A stretch of DNA of 64,000 nt from Chrysomallon squamiferum (GCA_012295275.1 CM022670.1:4960001-5024000); one strand, 5' to 3'. Counted from the first letter of the stretch, positions 1 through 58,267 are shown. Numbers and translations: made by a program. Notes: a model not told the origin generated them from the letters alone.

Positions 1-179
1 TGAGTGTGTGTGTGTGTGTGTGCGTGTGTATACGTGCGTACGTTCGTGTGTAAATTGTTCGGCACAAATATCCACATACCCATTATTCCATCTATCCATT
101 CATTCATCCGTCCGTCGTTAATCATTAATGGATATTTCAGATATGACTCAAAATTAAAACTAAGCTGATCAAGTTCTAC

Positions 180-937
180 CTAGATCCTAAGTTGTTGGAG
201 TCGTTGTTTCTGGACACAAAGACGACGTGGTCACTAGACATGGACACGCTGCGTCCTTGCTCTGTCGTCAACGTCAGGTAGGTTGAATTTTTACTCGGTT
301 TTCGTTTGAGGAAAGTTTTCACTTCTGTAAACACCCGTTTGCCGTCTTCAACTGAAAATATCAAAGTTTTATGTGAGTGTTCTGAATAACGTCGAGCGAA
401 AATGACTCGGACTAAAATACTGAACATCCTCCTTGTTGTCTCTTTTTCGTTATATAACTTCGTAAGCACTATTCAGTAACAGAATAAAACAGAGATTTCT
501 GTTTTCTGTTAGTACAGAAGTTTGTTCACACGTCTGACTGGAATGTACATTAACATCTTTTTAAACCTGGGAACTCATTCTGACATGCAACAAATACACA
601 TTTCATCAAATGTCAAATTGTTTTTCTATTTTTAACAGTTATATATATATATATATTTCATTCCGATTAAACAATCACCCTTTGTTCTGTATTTATCAAT
701 ACCTTGACCATTCCAGACTTGGAGCTTTCGAAGGCTAATTTCTATTAAATCAGTAGTCTGGGACCGTAAACGACTTCGTGTAAATACGTTTTCAACGTAT
801 CGATGTTTGATTATTCGAAGGTCGTTACTGCTAATTATTACTAACTTATCTAGGAGCTTAGACGGCTCGAGGTTTTCGAGAAAACAGCACTAGAGCTATG
901 CAAGTTTGACTATATATGTGTATGTATGTGTATATAT

Positions 938-972
<35 letters not shown>

Positions 973-1406
973 CATACACACATATAAATACATATATATA
1001 TATACAGTCTGGGACTATATATATATATATACATATACTCACACACACACATACACACTGTATGAAAACACACACACCGACCCACACATGTGTATGTTTC
1101 CTATGTTAAAATACTGTTTACCTGTTAGAACTTTTTTACCAGTCGTGAGATCTTTCAGTCTAAATAGTTCGCCAGTGTCCAGCAAAACTACAGAATGACC
1201 AGGAAAACACCCCTCCTCCCTCAGACACGGCAGACAACATCTGACTTCATCACAGCCGCATTTGCAAGCAACTTCTTTATTTCCACACACACACCTAAAC
1301 TGGGACCATCTTTGAACGCGTTGTACTGGCTGGGAGAAAGAGATGTCTTAATTTACTGTTGAATGTTATACCTCCATCACAAAACCACAACCACAACCAC
1401 AACCAC

Positions 1407-1502
<96 letters not shown>

Positions 1503-2745
1503 AATTATAGTAACAACAACAACAACATAACAGTAATAATACAGAATTGGTGAAATAACTGAAATTACAGAACGTATCATCTTAATCATTGTCGTTATAT
1601 TGTTAATATCATGACAGTTATTATTGTTGTTATTGTTGTTGTTGTTGTTGTTGTTGTTATTATTGTAACAATAAAGATGATGTGCTATTTTTTAAGCGAA
1701 CTTATTTTAATGCTACTTCTTTCTCCTTTTTGCTTGTTTCTATTTTTTTTTCAATCCATCCATCTGTTCATTCATTCATTCATTCATTCATTTATTCATT
1801 CCACCTTTCATTATTCTGTTATTACCTTTTCTGCAGTAAGTTCTGATTTGATGGGATCGTCAGTAATTATATATGCTGGAACTAACACATCAAAACATAA
1901 TAATAAATAAATAAATAAAATAAAAATTTACATACACATGTATGTATGTATGTATGTATATGTATATGTATATGGGCGTATGTGCGTGTGTGTTCTGTAT
2001 GCAAAGTCCAGGCAATACCTAACAAACGTGCAAATTAATAAATATACATGTATAAATAAATAACTGCAAACCTATTATTTAATTTGTGTTCATCGCTCTG
2101 TTCATATTTGTTTATTTACATTAACACAAAATAATACATAAAATACAGATTGTATGTTCAATTGACTGTTCTAGAAATTACATAACAAAACGTATAAACA
2201 CACATACCGCTGATATTTATAAAGTTTAACAACGAACAGAGCTGTATATTAACATAAAATGCCTTCCACACACACACATACATACATACATACATAGACA
2301 CATACATTGATACATACACACACATACATACACACATACATACATACATATATACATATATACACACATTCATACATACATATATACATACATAATACAT
2401 ACATGGATACATGGATACATACAAACATACATTCATACATACATACATAAATATATACACACATACATACATACATTGATATATACACATATACATTCAT
2501 TCAGACATACATACATACACACACATACATACATACGCACAAATACACATATACATTCATATTTACATACATACATACATACATATAAACACACACGCAT
2601 ACACAGCTGCGTTCATTTAATCTATATAGACACAAACACGCGTCTAAAGGTACATATACAAACATAACAACACATGGAGGAAAGCATTAAATTGGCTTTA
2701 AAAAAACTTACCTTCAGCAAATAACATTACAAAAACAAAGTACAT
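180..2745 (-). CDS. Secreted Cys-rich peptide-Hog (Hint) precursor, copy A; 3' end lies beyond the window start
   Basis: Exons 2745-2712, 1881-1826, 1329-1122, 351-180, all GT-AG with phases 1,0,1,2. Translation MYFVFVMLFAEVPAYIITDDPIKSELTAEKPVQRVQR-WSQFRCVCGNKEVACKCGCDEVRCCLPCLREEG-CFPGHSVVLLDTGELFRLKDLTTGKKVLTVEDGKRVFTEVKTFLKR...SMSSDHVVFV. CFPG start and SxxH motif match Hedgehog Hint blocks; same exon layout as copy B. Confidence 0.88.
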
Positions 2746-2955
2746 TATTTAGTTGTTTTTCTAACTTTCTCACGAGCGTTATTTAAATATGAATATGGCC
2801 GCGATATTTCCATAGGTTTTTGACTCGCAGTTACGTAACCACAAATCAAATATTAAGTTACGCCCAACGTTTTTTTAGTTTCGATTATCGTTAAATATAC
2901 CAGAAACCAACCAACAAACAAGGAAATTCTAATAATAATAATAATAATAATAATA

Positions 2956-2990
<35 letters not shown>

Positions 2991-3047
2991 AATAATAGTA
3001 ACAACAACAGTAATAGTTGCAAAATGTTTGTGTGTGTATGCATATTA

Positions 3048-3092
<45 letters not shown>

Positions 3093-3495
3093 TCTATCTA
3101 TCTGTGTGTCTATATAAAAACCAACACGTAAACACACAATGTAGCCATACTGAAAAATGTATATATGTGTTTTGAGCGTGTGCGTGTTTGTGTATGTTTA
3201 AAGATGGATGTATATAAAAATACAGCTAAGTAACTGATGATAGCTCTTTCTGGATGAAAATTAATTTATTTCTATAAGCAGTTTTGTATGACGAAGTGTA
3301 ACTTGGAATAACAACGTTTGTTATTTTCATTTACTTTCTGCTGTTTCATTTGATTTGTTTTGTTTCGGATTGTTGGTTTATTTACGTATTTATTTATTTA
3401 ATTATTTATTTATTGATTGATTTGTTCAGATGATTGCCTATACTGTAACTTGTGGTATTGATAATGTACATACATACATACATACATACACATAT

Positions 3496-3528
<33 letters not shown>

Positions 3529-3935
3529 TACTTACATACATACCTACAAGCATAGTTACATTCATATATATGTACATATATATGAACACACACGCACATA
3601 CATAAATGCAAACAAACATACAATCGCATATTTGTGTACGTAAAACATATATAAATGCGCACAAGCATTCATAGATACATACATATATACATACATACAG
3701 ACATACAGACATACATACATACGCATACGTAGATACATACAAAGAAATACATTCATACACACATCAACGCATACACACATAATGACACCGATGAGATCTG
3801 AATACAGAAGAACCGCCGCTAGTTATGGAATTGGAGCATATGGTGTCAGCATTTTTTTTTAAATATACGAAAACAGCGACATCTGCGTTTGTCATTCTCA
3901 TTTAAACATTTACAAATTGTGAACAGTGCGTATAC

Positions 3936-3943
3936 TATATAAA
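3936..3943 (+). promoter_or_regulatory. Candidate TATA box of Hog copy B
   Basis: TATATAAA about 60 bp upstream of the ATG at 4000; AT-rich background makes this weak. Confidence 0.4.
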
Positions 3944-3999
3944 TTAAAATTGTTGCAATAATCCAACAGGAAAACGAAAGATCTTTTTGGCGAAAAGCT

Positions 4000-8491
<4,492 letters not shown>

Positions 8492-9991
8492 TAACTTCGT
8501 TGACTAGAGCTGCTGATTAAATGTTTGATAATGTATTGTATTTGTTATTTACTTGTTACAGTATTTGCACATAGAGGCGCATACGTTTGCTATAATATTT
8601 GGCTATGCGTACACATGCGATCTAATTTTTTTAAATTTTAATTTTAGCACGATTATGGATATATTAGCGAGTGTACGTAGTAATAAGCCATCAGTCCAAC
8701 TTTCTTTTTTTATGTAATGTGTATCTCTGTCTGACTGTCTCTCACTTGGCTTGTTTTTTAGATTGTCTGTCTATCGACCGACACGTACAGAAACACACAC
8801 ACACACACACACATATACAGACAGACACACGAACACAAACATCAGGTAATCAGATAGCCCCCAAAAATAGCAAACTAGGGGACCACGATAGCATTTCAGT
8901 GGATCAGAGAGAAAATTCCTGTCAGAGAATTTATTACTAGGTAATATGTGTAATTTGGACAAAGTAATTTTTAAGAAAAGGGCCCTTTTTAAAAAAAAGA
9001 AAAGGGCCCTTTTAAAAAAAAAAAAAAGTTTCTTTCTTTCTTTTTTTGTTTTGTTTTGTTTGTTAGTTTGTTTATTTTAAATCGAATGGTTACTTGGTTC
9101 ACTAAAGTAAATTAGCAGTCAAAGAGGTGCATAGGTAAAACAACGTTTAGAACCACTACACACTCACAAACTCACACACGTACAATCACGTACGCTGAAA
9201 CCCACATACATACAGATATACACACAAACATACATACATACATACATACATACAATACATACCAACCTAACTTCCTACCTACCTGCAATATATATATACA
9301 TACATACAAAGATACATACATACATACATACATACATACATACATACATACATTCATACATACAATACATAATACACACATAGATATATATACATACATA
9401 CAAACATACATACATACATACATACAATACAATACTTAGAATTCAGAGAGGCGAATCGGATGAAAGGTACACCGTTCTTAACACAAGCATTTTGAAACAA
9501 ATATTACAAATTACCAAACACAACGAACGTTGACGTCTGTTACACATTTTACTACCATGATACATGCCGATAATCTTAATCCGATTAGGGCCATGCTTAA
9601 CGAGTTGACCATACCGTACATAATCTACGGAAACAATAGCGCCTGATATAACTTGGTAGGTACGGTCTTTACCTGTGCTTTTTTTTTTTTTTTTTTATGA
9701 CTGTGTAATACATTCAAACCATTCAAGACGTCGGCAACAAAATCCCTTAGTTACCGGGTTCCTGGCGTTCAGTTTCCCAGTGGACGTAGTGGACACTCTT
9801 TTGTTGAAGAAACAGAGTGGTCAGTTGTGTCCAGGAAACGGACACTGTCGCTACGGGACACTCAAGCAGCAGCCAGAATGGCGGAGGTTTTGTAGAAGGG
9901 GAGAGATAAATCAAAACATTTCCGATTTTAAAAAACCGATAAATAAAAGAAGAAAACAAATAAAACAAAACAACTGGGGAATCGTTCCGAC

Positions 9992-16258
<6,267 letters not shown>

Positions 16259-16392
16259 GGTAGAGGATAGATAAGGGTTTATCATTTAATTTTTGTTCTG
16301 TTTTGTTAAGTTGTCGTTTTGTTTTTCGTTATTGAAGAAAATTAGTTTTGCTCCACTCTACTTCATTATTGTCTTGCTCACACTTTTTACAG

Positions 16393-17096
16393 TTCCTGGA
16401 ACCACAACACCGGGAACGGCGGCAGCCAATATTGCGGCTATGGCAGCAGGAATCTCTTTCGCAGTCATCGTTTTGATTATTCTAATCGTAGTCTTTCTCG
16501 TGTTCTTCCTCGGAAGGGACCGTCTCAAATGTGCTAATTGCGCGAGGTTGTTCGACGGAGGATGTGGCAGTTTTTGGAATCGTGTTCGAAGAGGCCTGCT
16601 GTCGTGCGGCACGAGGACGGGCGTTTTTCTCAGGGTCGTCAAGGTCGGATGCTTGCGATTCTGGAAAGCGTGCTGCGACTGCCAGAAGACGAAAGTCGAT
16701 CCTGAAGCTCAGGCGACCACCGCCGAAGGCGGCAAAGCAGCAGACGGCGAGAAGAAGAAAGAAGTTGACAAGGATGGAAGAGAAATCATTAGTCCGAGCA
16801 ATCTCGTTATTCAGGAATCTAACTCAGGCGACGAAGACTCGAAGGGAGGTAACTTACCTCGCCGTCTGCCGCCTATTGAATCTCCTAAAACAGCAGACGA
16901 CGCGGACGGGTCGTCGAAACTGCCGCCGATCTCTGAAAACGACCCCGCCGACGCCGACGAAGCGGTGACGGAAACAGCGGACACGGAAACAGCGGACAAG
17001 TCTCCTTACGGAGAAAACAAACCTGGAGAAAACAAACCTGGAGAAAACAAACCTGGAGATTCCGTTGACACTGTGACCCCAAGAATTGCAGAATGA
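16393..17096 (+). CDS. Alternative terminal exon 9b of paralog C: second TM segment plus long Cys-rich and acidic cytoplasmic tail (isoform about 524 aa)
   Basis: Acceptor tttttacag ending 16392, phase 1 compatible with the microexon; VPGTTTPG...AAGISFAVIVLIILIVVFLVFFLGRDR...; coding-like GC content; stop at 17094-17096. Confidence 0.8.
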
Positions 17097-17517
17097 CAAA
17101 ACCTGCCAGTTACATGAGACACATATACCGTGCATTCAACTGGTTATTTCTTTCTTTATGTCCGTGTATGTGTATGCATTTAGTTAGGAAAATAACTGTT
17201 ACATGGGCATAAAGCATAAATATACAAATGAAATAATTGAGATGTTTGAACATATGATTGACTGTTATGAATGTTTGAGTGCTTGTCTGTCTGTCTGTCT
17301 GTCTGCATGTATATATGTATGTACGTTCGTATGTGTTTGAATATGTATCTAGTTTGCTAAATAATCGATAGATACAAAATACAAGTTCAAATATGAAATA
17401 AACACATGAAATATGCATTTGTTTGAATGTGTGTGTGTGTGTGTCTTTATATGTATGTATGTATATATTATACAATATGCCTGTATATGTATATATACGC
17501 TGTGTGTGTGTGTGTGT

Positions 17518-17562
<45 letters not shown>

Positions 17563-17967
17563 GGAATGTTACATATGAATACGTACATATTTATGTAAAT
17601 ATTAATGTATGTACGATAATTATATTAAAGTCTAATATAGCATTATTTTTGTATCTATTATTATTATTAATGTATTAAATTTAATGATGTAAATAATTCT
17701 GATATTATGTAATTACTGACTATAATTTTTTAATCATAACTGTATAATTCATTATTGTGTATATAATATTCTGTAAAACATTATCTACATTTGGATATAC
17801 TAACCCGACAACTGGGGTTTTATACGTTTTAAATACATAATAATAAAGAGGTATGTGTGAATTACTCTTTTGTTTTCTTTTAATTTATATTCTTCTAAAA
17901 GTTCTTATTTTGTTCGTATCTGCTTTATTCATCTGATGTTATAGTCAGTTCTAACTATCGTTCCAGT

Positions 17968-18085
17968 TATATATCCTTCCAGTCATATATCCTTCCAGGC
18001 ATATATCCTTTCTGTAATAGATCCTTCCAATCACATATCCTTCCAGTCATATATCCTTCCAGATATATATATCCTTCCAGTCATA
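17968..18085 (+). repeat. About 16-bp tandem repeat (atatccttccagtcat), about 7 imperfect copies
   Basis: Direct reading; lies between the convergent 3' ends of paralogs C and D. Confidence 0.85.
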
Positions 18086-19283
18086 GAGCCATTCTGTTAT
18101 GTAAAAGTCTACATATATCTCTGTCTGTCTGTCTGTATGTCTGTCTACCTATTAACTAATCTATCTATTTATATTTCTCTCTTCTGTTATTTCCTTATAT
18201 ATCTATATACCTATCCAGCTACCCATGATCTTTCTATTCTTAACTCTACCTACCTATATACTTACCTGTCTGTCTACATATCTGTCTGTCTGCCTGTCTA
18301 TCTATTTCTTGTAACAGTATTTTTCGACTGTGTGTGTTTTCCGGTTTATGTTAAAATTAAGATAATTCAGAAAAGATAACTGACCCACTACATCATCACA
18401 AGATGTGATCAGATTTTCTTTTTTTCTTTACTTCTTTATCTACGATTTATTTAACCGTATTCCTGGTAAGACGATGTATGTATGTATGTGTGTGTGTATG
18501 TTGTATGTATGTATGTATGTATGTATGTATGTATGTATGTATGTATGTATGTATGTATGTATGTATGTATGTATGTATGTATGTATGTATGTATGTTTGT
18601 ATGTTTGTATGTGTGTGTTTTTATATAATGAGGTGTCGATGAATCAAATTTCTCTTATATGTGTTTTTTATATGCATATATGACAAAACCAAATACATAG
18701 AAATGGAATCAACACAGTTTATTAAAGAAATGCCATTGTTTTACATGTTTTACATTACTCTATTGTAATTATTCAAAATTATAAAACAGTTAAGAAGGTA
18801 TCATTCGCATCTTAATGATTTCACATATAAAAGGTTTACATAAATAATCGACATATCATTTAACACACACACAGACACACACACATACACATATAGAAAT
18901 AATAGTAATTCAAAACTAAATTAGGTTAAGTACATTATAAAAATATACATGCTTAGCACATGAACGCATAAAAACAAATAAAAGAAAAATTATGATATTT
19001 AAAATTAAAAGCTATTAGATTATATATTATCATTGGCAGTAAAATTTTGAGAGTACCTTAACGCGAAAATTGTTTCAGATTTTAATGACATTAAAACACA
19101 TTAATAAATTAGCATTGTTCTAACATTATACCTTTTCGTCATACATCATCACACAATCGTTATTACATCATCAGCAACATAACATCACATAATCATTAAA
19201 CGTCATTAGCTGTGCTATTTTTGGACCTGTAACACTTTAGAATGAATATACGACGTCATACAGTCATTATGACGTCATTAAGT

Positions 19284-25616
<6,333 letters not shown>

Positions 25617-27504
25617 TGTTATGAGAATTTTCGTAACTCTTAACACTTGTACTGTGTATATTCTCTTACGTCGTCAGTCGGTTCGTATTTAACAGTACTT
25701 TATCTTATAATCCAGTTCAAATGTCTATCGTATACTTTGACATATACTGATTCCAGTATTCCAGTTATACAGATGCACGATGATAGATTATGAACTTCAG
25801 GATTTCAATATATTCATATGTTTTGCTATGAAATATATCGATTTCAGTACTCCATACATCAATGTACGATAACAAATTTTAATTTCAATGCTTCAGTATA
25901 GTCATTTGCATTGCTGTATGGTGATTTCAGTATTTCACTAAGATATTAATGTTTAACTTCAGTCCTTGCAAATATTTTTAAGCTTTTCTGATATATAATT
26001 TTGTGGATTCAAATATATTCATAAGCTTCGAGTGATTTTAGCTTCACTATTCCAGTATATTCCCATACACTTATACAGTTCAGCCTCAGTACTCCAGTAT
26101 ATTCGTGTGCTGTGATATACGTTAAGTCCTGCACATTGCTGTGCTGTCTTCGCAGTTCTCTTGTTTTTATACTTGTGAATTACTCAGCAGCGTAACCACC
26201 GAACGCATATCAAAATGAGGTGTGCCGCGAACTGTATGAAGAAAAATAAAATCCGTAACTAAAATGACCCAGCCTGTATTATTCAAACAAACTGCTTAGT
26301 CCGCCGAGTTCGTTATATGGTGTTCTAAACGGTTTAAGATTAACGGGAATTAGCCAAGATTACGATGAGTCAATGGTCACCTTCTCTGTTAACTGATTTC
26401 GAAAGACTGAATCATTTAATGCTCATTAGTAAAATATCTGGTTTTTGTCTGGGGCTGGTCAGTATTTGTTATATTGCTGTTTTGATTTGTATAGCAACAG
26501 TAGATTGTTTCAGTTTGTTGTTTAGATGAAGATCATTGCCATGCACGATATTTGTTATTCGGCTGTATCAGTCGGTGTTTAATGTTGGGCAATGTAAAGA
26601 GGCAATCTTCGCTTAGCAGTTGATAATGGAAAGTGGCAGTCCTCTCAAAATCGTTATCAGTGCAAGTTGCAAAGCTTTGTTCTTTTAAACTGAACACTGA
26701 GTAATAGATATTGTTAATACCGTTGAAAGTCTCAACAATATTTTATAATATCATTTTGGTTAAATCAGAAATTCTTCAACGTATCAAAAATTTTAAATGT
26801 TTTTCTAGTTATTAATATCTTTATAAAAGTAGGTGTAAAGGCGAGTTAAGAAAAAGAAAAGAAAAAAAGAACATGTTTCTTTATTTTATACTTGTAATAT
26901 CTGTATCTAAATTACATACTATTATCTAGTCTGGTGTAGGACATTTCCAAAGAATGTTTAAGGACAAGTATAATTACAGGCGGGTGTTTTTGTTTGTTTG
27001 TATCAAAGCCTGTATTTATTTTCAGTGACAGGGAATGTACGGTCTTAAAATATTCTTAGCGGCTGATCGTGTGAATCAGATGTAACCACAAGGAAAATTT
27101 TATCTTAAGACTGTATTATTAAACGTAACAGAGTGTGAAATGCATTATTAACACCTAATAATAGTATTAGAATGAATTCAGATTAGAGTTATTTCCCTTG
27201 AACTAAATATCCGCTGCTGGCCTGCAACTCGTTTTGACTGCGACATCTATTTGAACAAATAAATAAATAAATAAATAATAACAACAATAACGATAATGAT
27301 GATGATGGTATGAAGAAGAAGTTTTAAATCTGATAGTCTTCTTACAACAAAAGAAAACAAAGAAAAGAAAAACAAAATTATGAAGATTAAAAAAAGGAAA
27401 AACAAAAAGGGAAAGTAATCAGGATGGTGTTGATGATGATGATGATGAAGAACAACATATAACAAATAAACACAACAAAATCGACTGTTCATTTGGTTTA
27501 ATCG

Positions 27505-39778
<12,274 letters not shown>

Positions 39779-40851
39779 TATTAACTATAATAAATCAAAC
39801 ACTTTTCTAGTTTTTCTCCTTTTACGAAACCAGCTTTTGTCATCAAAAAGATAATATTCAACTGAAACACTACAACAGCTGGTACTATGCTCCTGTTCTT
39901 CTTATTCTTCATATAATATCTAATTTTAACAGCCTCTTTTCTAAATCCTTTAGAATAAAATAAAGACCAAATATCTTCCAGCACTGCTACTCTCGAATTA
40001 TAAATGGTAATGCTAATAATTACCAGCTAATCAAAGGTAATAATAGTCACACTAACTTAATCCTTTGCATTGATAAATCACGCCCCCACTTCAACGTTAA
40101 CAACCTGTCTAGTAAGTTCTCAAAAGGGACAGAACCAAAAGTTCCATTTATTTTATTATAGGTACCGGATCAATAAACACTTTCTGTATAAATAGTTACC
40201 GTAACCGAAACATCACACATTTAATCTATGAGTAGCTTACTGTGTATATAAGTGAGATATTATTCCATTTATGGAGATAGTCAAAGGTTTCATTAACTGC
40301 AGGAGAAAAGTACCTCCGGTAGCGACAATGACCACACGGTCACGCGATGTCAACTACGCACAATGTATCTGTTGAAACTAAATGAAGTGTCTAAAATGTC
40401 AAGCCGCAGTTTCGTATTCTTTACCATTATCTTTTTTTCCCTTCTGTCTGCATATTCAATAGATTGTTTTGATTGGCAAGGATTATTAACCTGTTACAGT
40501 TATTGGTGTGATCAATCAAAACTGTTTACTGCGTTAAGAAATTATTTCTTTAAAACGTTCTGTGGCGGAGAGTTTTTCAATAGTTTATTTATTTTTATTT
40601 TGTTGTTGTTATTGTTGTTGTTGATTTATTATAAGGAAAATTATGATTAACTGCAAACGTCTAAATGAATGGACAAATGAATGAATTAATGAACAAAAAA
40701 ACCCACGAAAATATGAAAGGACGAATGAATTTCTGCTTAAAAGGATTTCGCATATAATTTTCACTGGATGTTGAATGCATTTTTTTTTTTTTTTTTTTTC
40801 ACTAATCAGTCTTTGGAGAATAACTTTAAGATATGAACAAATAAATTATAA

Positions 40852-40886
<35 letters not shown>

Positions 40887-40966
40887 ACTCCAGCTATTAT
40901 TTTCGCGATGGTGAGTGATGTGAAACTGACATTCTTACACATCGGCCAGCAACGTGCAGCTCAAGG

Positions 40967-41054
40967 ATCCTTTGGCGGAGAACAGCTCAGACTTACATTT
41001 CCAGCGATATCCGTTCATACGTCTGTCTGAGCTGTTTGTTCTCGGACAGAGGAT
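40967..41054. repeat. Short palindromic (hairpin) dispersed element, copy 1
   Basis: aacagctcagac (40981-40992) and gtctgagctgtt (41025-41036) are exact inverted arms; shares tggcggagaacagc.cagac and cagcgatatcc.ttca with 46391-46494. Confidence 0.7.
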
Positions 41055-41242
41055 ACTAGTGATAGTCCATGTGTTGAATAAAGTCAGATTTTTTTTATTA
41101 TCCTAGATATCACCGTTAGTATGTCCAAATGAGCTGAAATCTCACGAAAATGTCTTTATTAGAACTATTCGATCACAAGTTCGATTTTGAAATCAGATGG
41201 CGCTATCTTTAAAGTCCAAATCTTATGTTATATGACCAAAAT

Positions 41243-41282
<40 letters not shown>

Positions 41283-42144
41283 CTGACAAATCATTCACTT
41301 TCCAAGAGAAATTATTCAGTTTTATGAAACAAAGATTTAAGTAAATAAATTTGTGACAATTAATGTAATGAAACAAAATGATTATAAAGACATTCCTGAG
41401 TTATCCTAACATTACCGTTATTACGAAATTTTACTTTCAGTAACACGAATATCTAATGCACGCCTCAACTGATTTATATATTCAGATACGTATGTATATA
41501 CGTAGATATGAATGAGCATACAAATACAGACAAATAAACATACATACATACATACATACATACATACATACATACATACATAATACACACATACATACAA
41601 ACATACAAAACATACTCTTTTCTTATGACCACCCCTCATTCTTAAATCATATTTTACGGCGAGTGATTAATTTTGATGAAAAGGCGTTATTACCTTTAAG
41701 AAAAACATTATTCATTATAGTTTTTAAAATGGAGGCTCTGTGAGCGGAACACACATTTTTTTAATGTAATATAAACTCAGCCTTGACCTCTTTGTTCAGA
41801 AAGTGGACCAAATCAAAAGAACGATAATAAGGCCAAAGTATACCTCTTTATTTCATTAGGAACTGTTCACACGAACAAAACAAATAATAGGCCTAATAAT
41901 AATAATAGGAAAAAAAAAAAAAAAATATTAAAACTACATGAGGGCAAAAAGAAACAAAAAAAAAAAATAATAATAAAAAAAAAAAAAGAGAAGAAGAATA
42001 ATTACAAAATAAAATTAGGACGAAAAGTACAGGTGTTTTCCTATTATCAGAAAAAGTACATATGTAAATAAATTCTTATCTCATGCCATTGTTATCTCAA
42101 GAATATTAAGTTAGTCACAGAATAACCCTTAACTTTTTTTCACC

Positions 42145-46935
<4,791 letters not shown>

Positions 46936-47313
46936 CATGACAATGTGTGTACATACACACAGTTATTTTATAATCACAGTCTACATAAACACATACATAC
47001 ATACACATACACACACAAAATCCTTAATAAATATATCTATATATATATATATATAATTTTCTTTGTTTTTGTTTTGCATAATTATTTCTAATACTGTAAT
47101 AATAATAATTAAAAAAAAAAAACTTTGGAAACAGAAAATAGCATGCTTTATAACGTACTGTAACTGTCGGATGAACAGATTTCTTTTTTTATTGATTCTT
47201 AGGCTGTTATTTATGTGCGATAATAACCAGTTGCATAACGTAACATAATTATCTGTTAAGTACACCTGTTTCCGAAATATCGATTAATTATTTATTATTA
47301 TTATCTTATAATC

Positions 47314-47367
<54 letters not shown>

Positions 47368-47483
47368 TTCATCGAATATAGTAGAACTTGGAATTCATAT
47401 CTGAATTATTTTGTTTTAATTAAAAAGGACCTAAAACGTTAAATACTATTGAGCAAAGGTAATAACTAAAAAATGTGTATGTG

Positions 47484-47491
47484 TGACGTCA
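47484..47491. promoter_or_regulatory. Palindromic CRE (TGACGTCA) about 180 bp upstream of the ANKRD10-like ATG
   Basis: Exact motif in a promoter-proximal position; the motif also occurs at several other places in the window. Confidence 0.35.
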
Positions 47492-47662
47492 TCAGTTTAT
47501 GCGTATGACATTATGTCACTGCGGACATAGTTGTCTTTTTGATGTTCTTGAAAAGTCTGACCTCAATTTCCAGTGCATGGTGTTTGGCGGGGAAAGAGTG
47601 TTCGAAAGTAACTGGTAATAAAATGAGATTACATGTAAGTTAATTGTATAGATTAGGTAACA

Positions 47663-56540
<8,878 letters not shown>

Positions 56541-56940
56541 AATAATCAAAGTATTTGAATACAAGAGGTCCGCTTTGCATAAATCTCTGTTTTACACATA
56601 CAGTGTTTTTAAAATATCACTCTTAACTGGAGATATGAATGGATAAATGTTGAATGGTTGTATGGAGTGAATTCATGTTAATATTTTATGTATTTGATTG
56701 CTGGATTGTAGAGCTGGCTTACAAAAGATGTGTCTGAAAATTTATTTTTTTAATTGTTGATGTTTTAAGTTATTTTGATATTAAGTAAATCTGCTGTTAA
56801 CAAAATTACGCTTTAGGACCCATGTAATTCTATCTAAGAAGTGTATATTAAATAACTGTTCAGCCAAAAGTTTAAAAAATAGAAATGTTTATTTTTATGT
56901 TTTTAATGGTATTGTTAATAATGTGAAAATCATTAGATAC

Positions 56941-56981
<41 letters not shown>

Positions 56982-58267
56982 TTTGAAACTATTTAAAAAA
57001 TTAAAAAATGCCAATATTTATTAAATTATTGTTGGATTAGATGGATGCAATATATTTGAAGGACAAAAGTGTGAAATGAATAATGCATATTGAATATCCC
57101 ATTTGAAATAATGAAATCAGAAATTTATATCTGTGTTCCATATTTTAAGAATGCATTTGTCTTGCATTTTTCAGCATTGAAAAAGTAATAAAATATTACT
57201 TTGACTATTAATATTATATCACATCCCATAAAAATCAAAGAGAATACATTGTTTTCTGACTGAAAAGAATACCATTTACTGTTAGGTATTTTAACATACT
57301 TTGATATAATCTTTGCTTGAATAGAAATTGCAGACAGTGACAGTTGAAATTTTCAGCTTGGTAAAAGGTATCACAACCTATGTAAATTTAAATGCTTAGT
57401 TTTTGTTATGTAGTTGGCATATTAAAAATAAAAATTAATTCTTTATTATATTTTATGTATATAATTACATAGCATTTTTATTACATGTGAATAATGAGAA
57501 AAAATCTCAAATGAAATCTCAGATTGTGTCTCATTAAAACACAAGTAATTAATAAATCAAATTTAAATTGAATAATTCTTGCAGTATACATATATAATGT
57601 TTAACAAAAATATGATAATTTGTGTAATTTTGTCTGATGGTTTACAATTACTGAAAAAACAAAATGTAATTAAAAATCTGTTGAGATAATTGTGTAGTTT
57701 AACAAAATTGATTCTGTATATGTAAAAAATATTTGTCTTGCTTAAAAATGTAGTACTGTCATTAATATAAAAACAAAATTATTTCAGATCTTATTTTAAA
57801 ACAGTACACGAACAGAATGGGACTTTCTGTTTTTCTAAATAACAACTTTTTTTTTTATTGATGAGATGTTCATTTAATAATATCAAATTTGGTTTCTTGA
57901 TCTAGTGTAAGACTTTCTTTTTTTTTTTTCATTCTTGTGTTGAAGTACAATGCTCAGATCTGTGAATTTATGTGATCATTATTTTTTCAGCATTTCTAAA
58001 AATATTTTTTAATTTCTGCCATTCGTTTTTGGTGCTTGAAATTTTTTTTATTAGTTTTTATTTGTACTGTTTTCATCAGTATACAAGCATTTTAATGTAT
58101 TGTGTATTGAAAAACAAAATGTTCTGTTTCGAAATATACTCTTGAATATTTCATTTTTGAAAAGATGGAAAACAAATCCAGATAAATTTTCATGTTAGTA
58201 CAAAATATGTTTTCCTGAAATCACATAAATCATGATTTAGTTGTTTTTTTATATCATGTGGTTTATA

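Noticed and set aside
16358-17135. Overlapping and antisense ORFs over exon 9b; likewise over 39154-39854 and 43918-44255
   Set aside because: Shadow ORFs of GC-richer coding exons.
40190-40215. Possible RFX X-box upstream of the CNBD2-like gene (gttaccgtaac)
   Set aside because: Does not fit the X-box consensus well enough.
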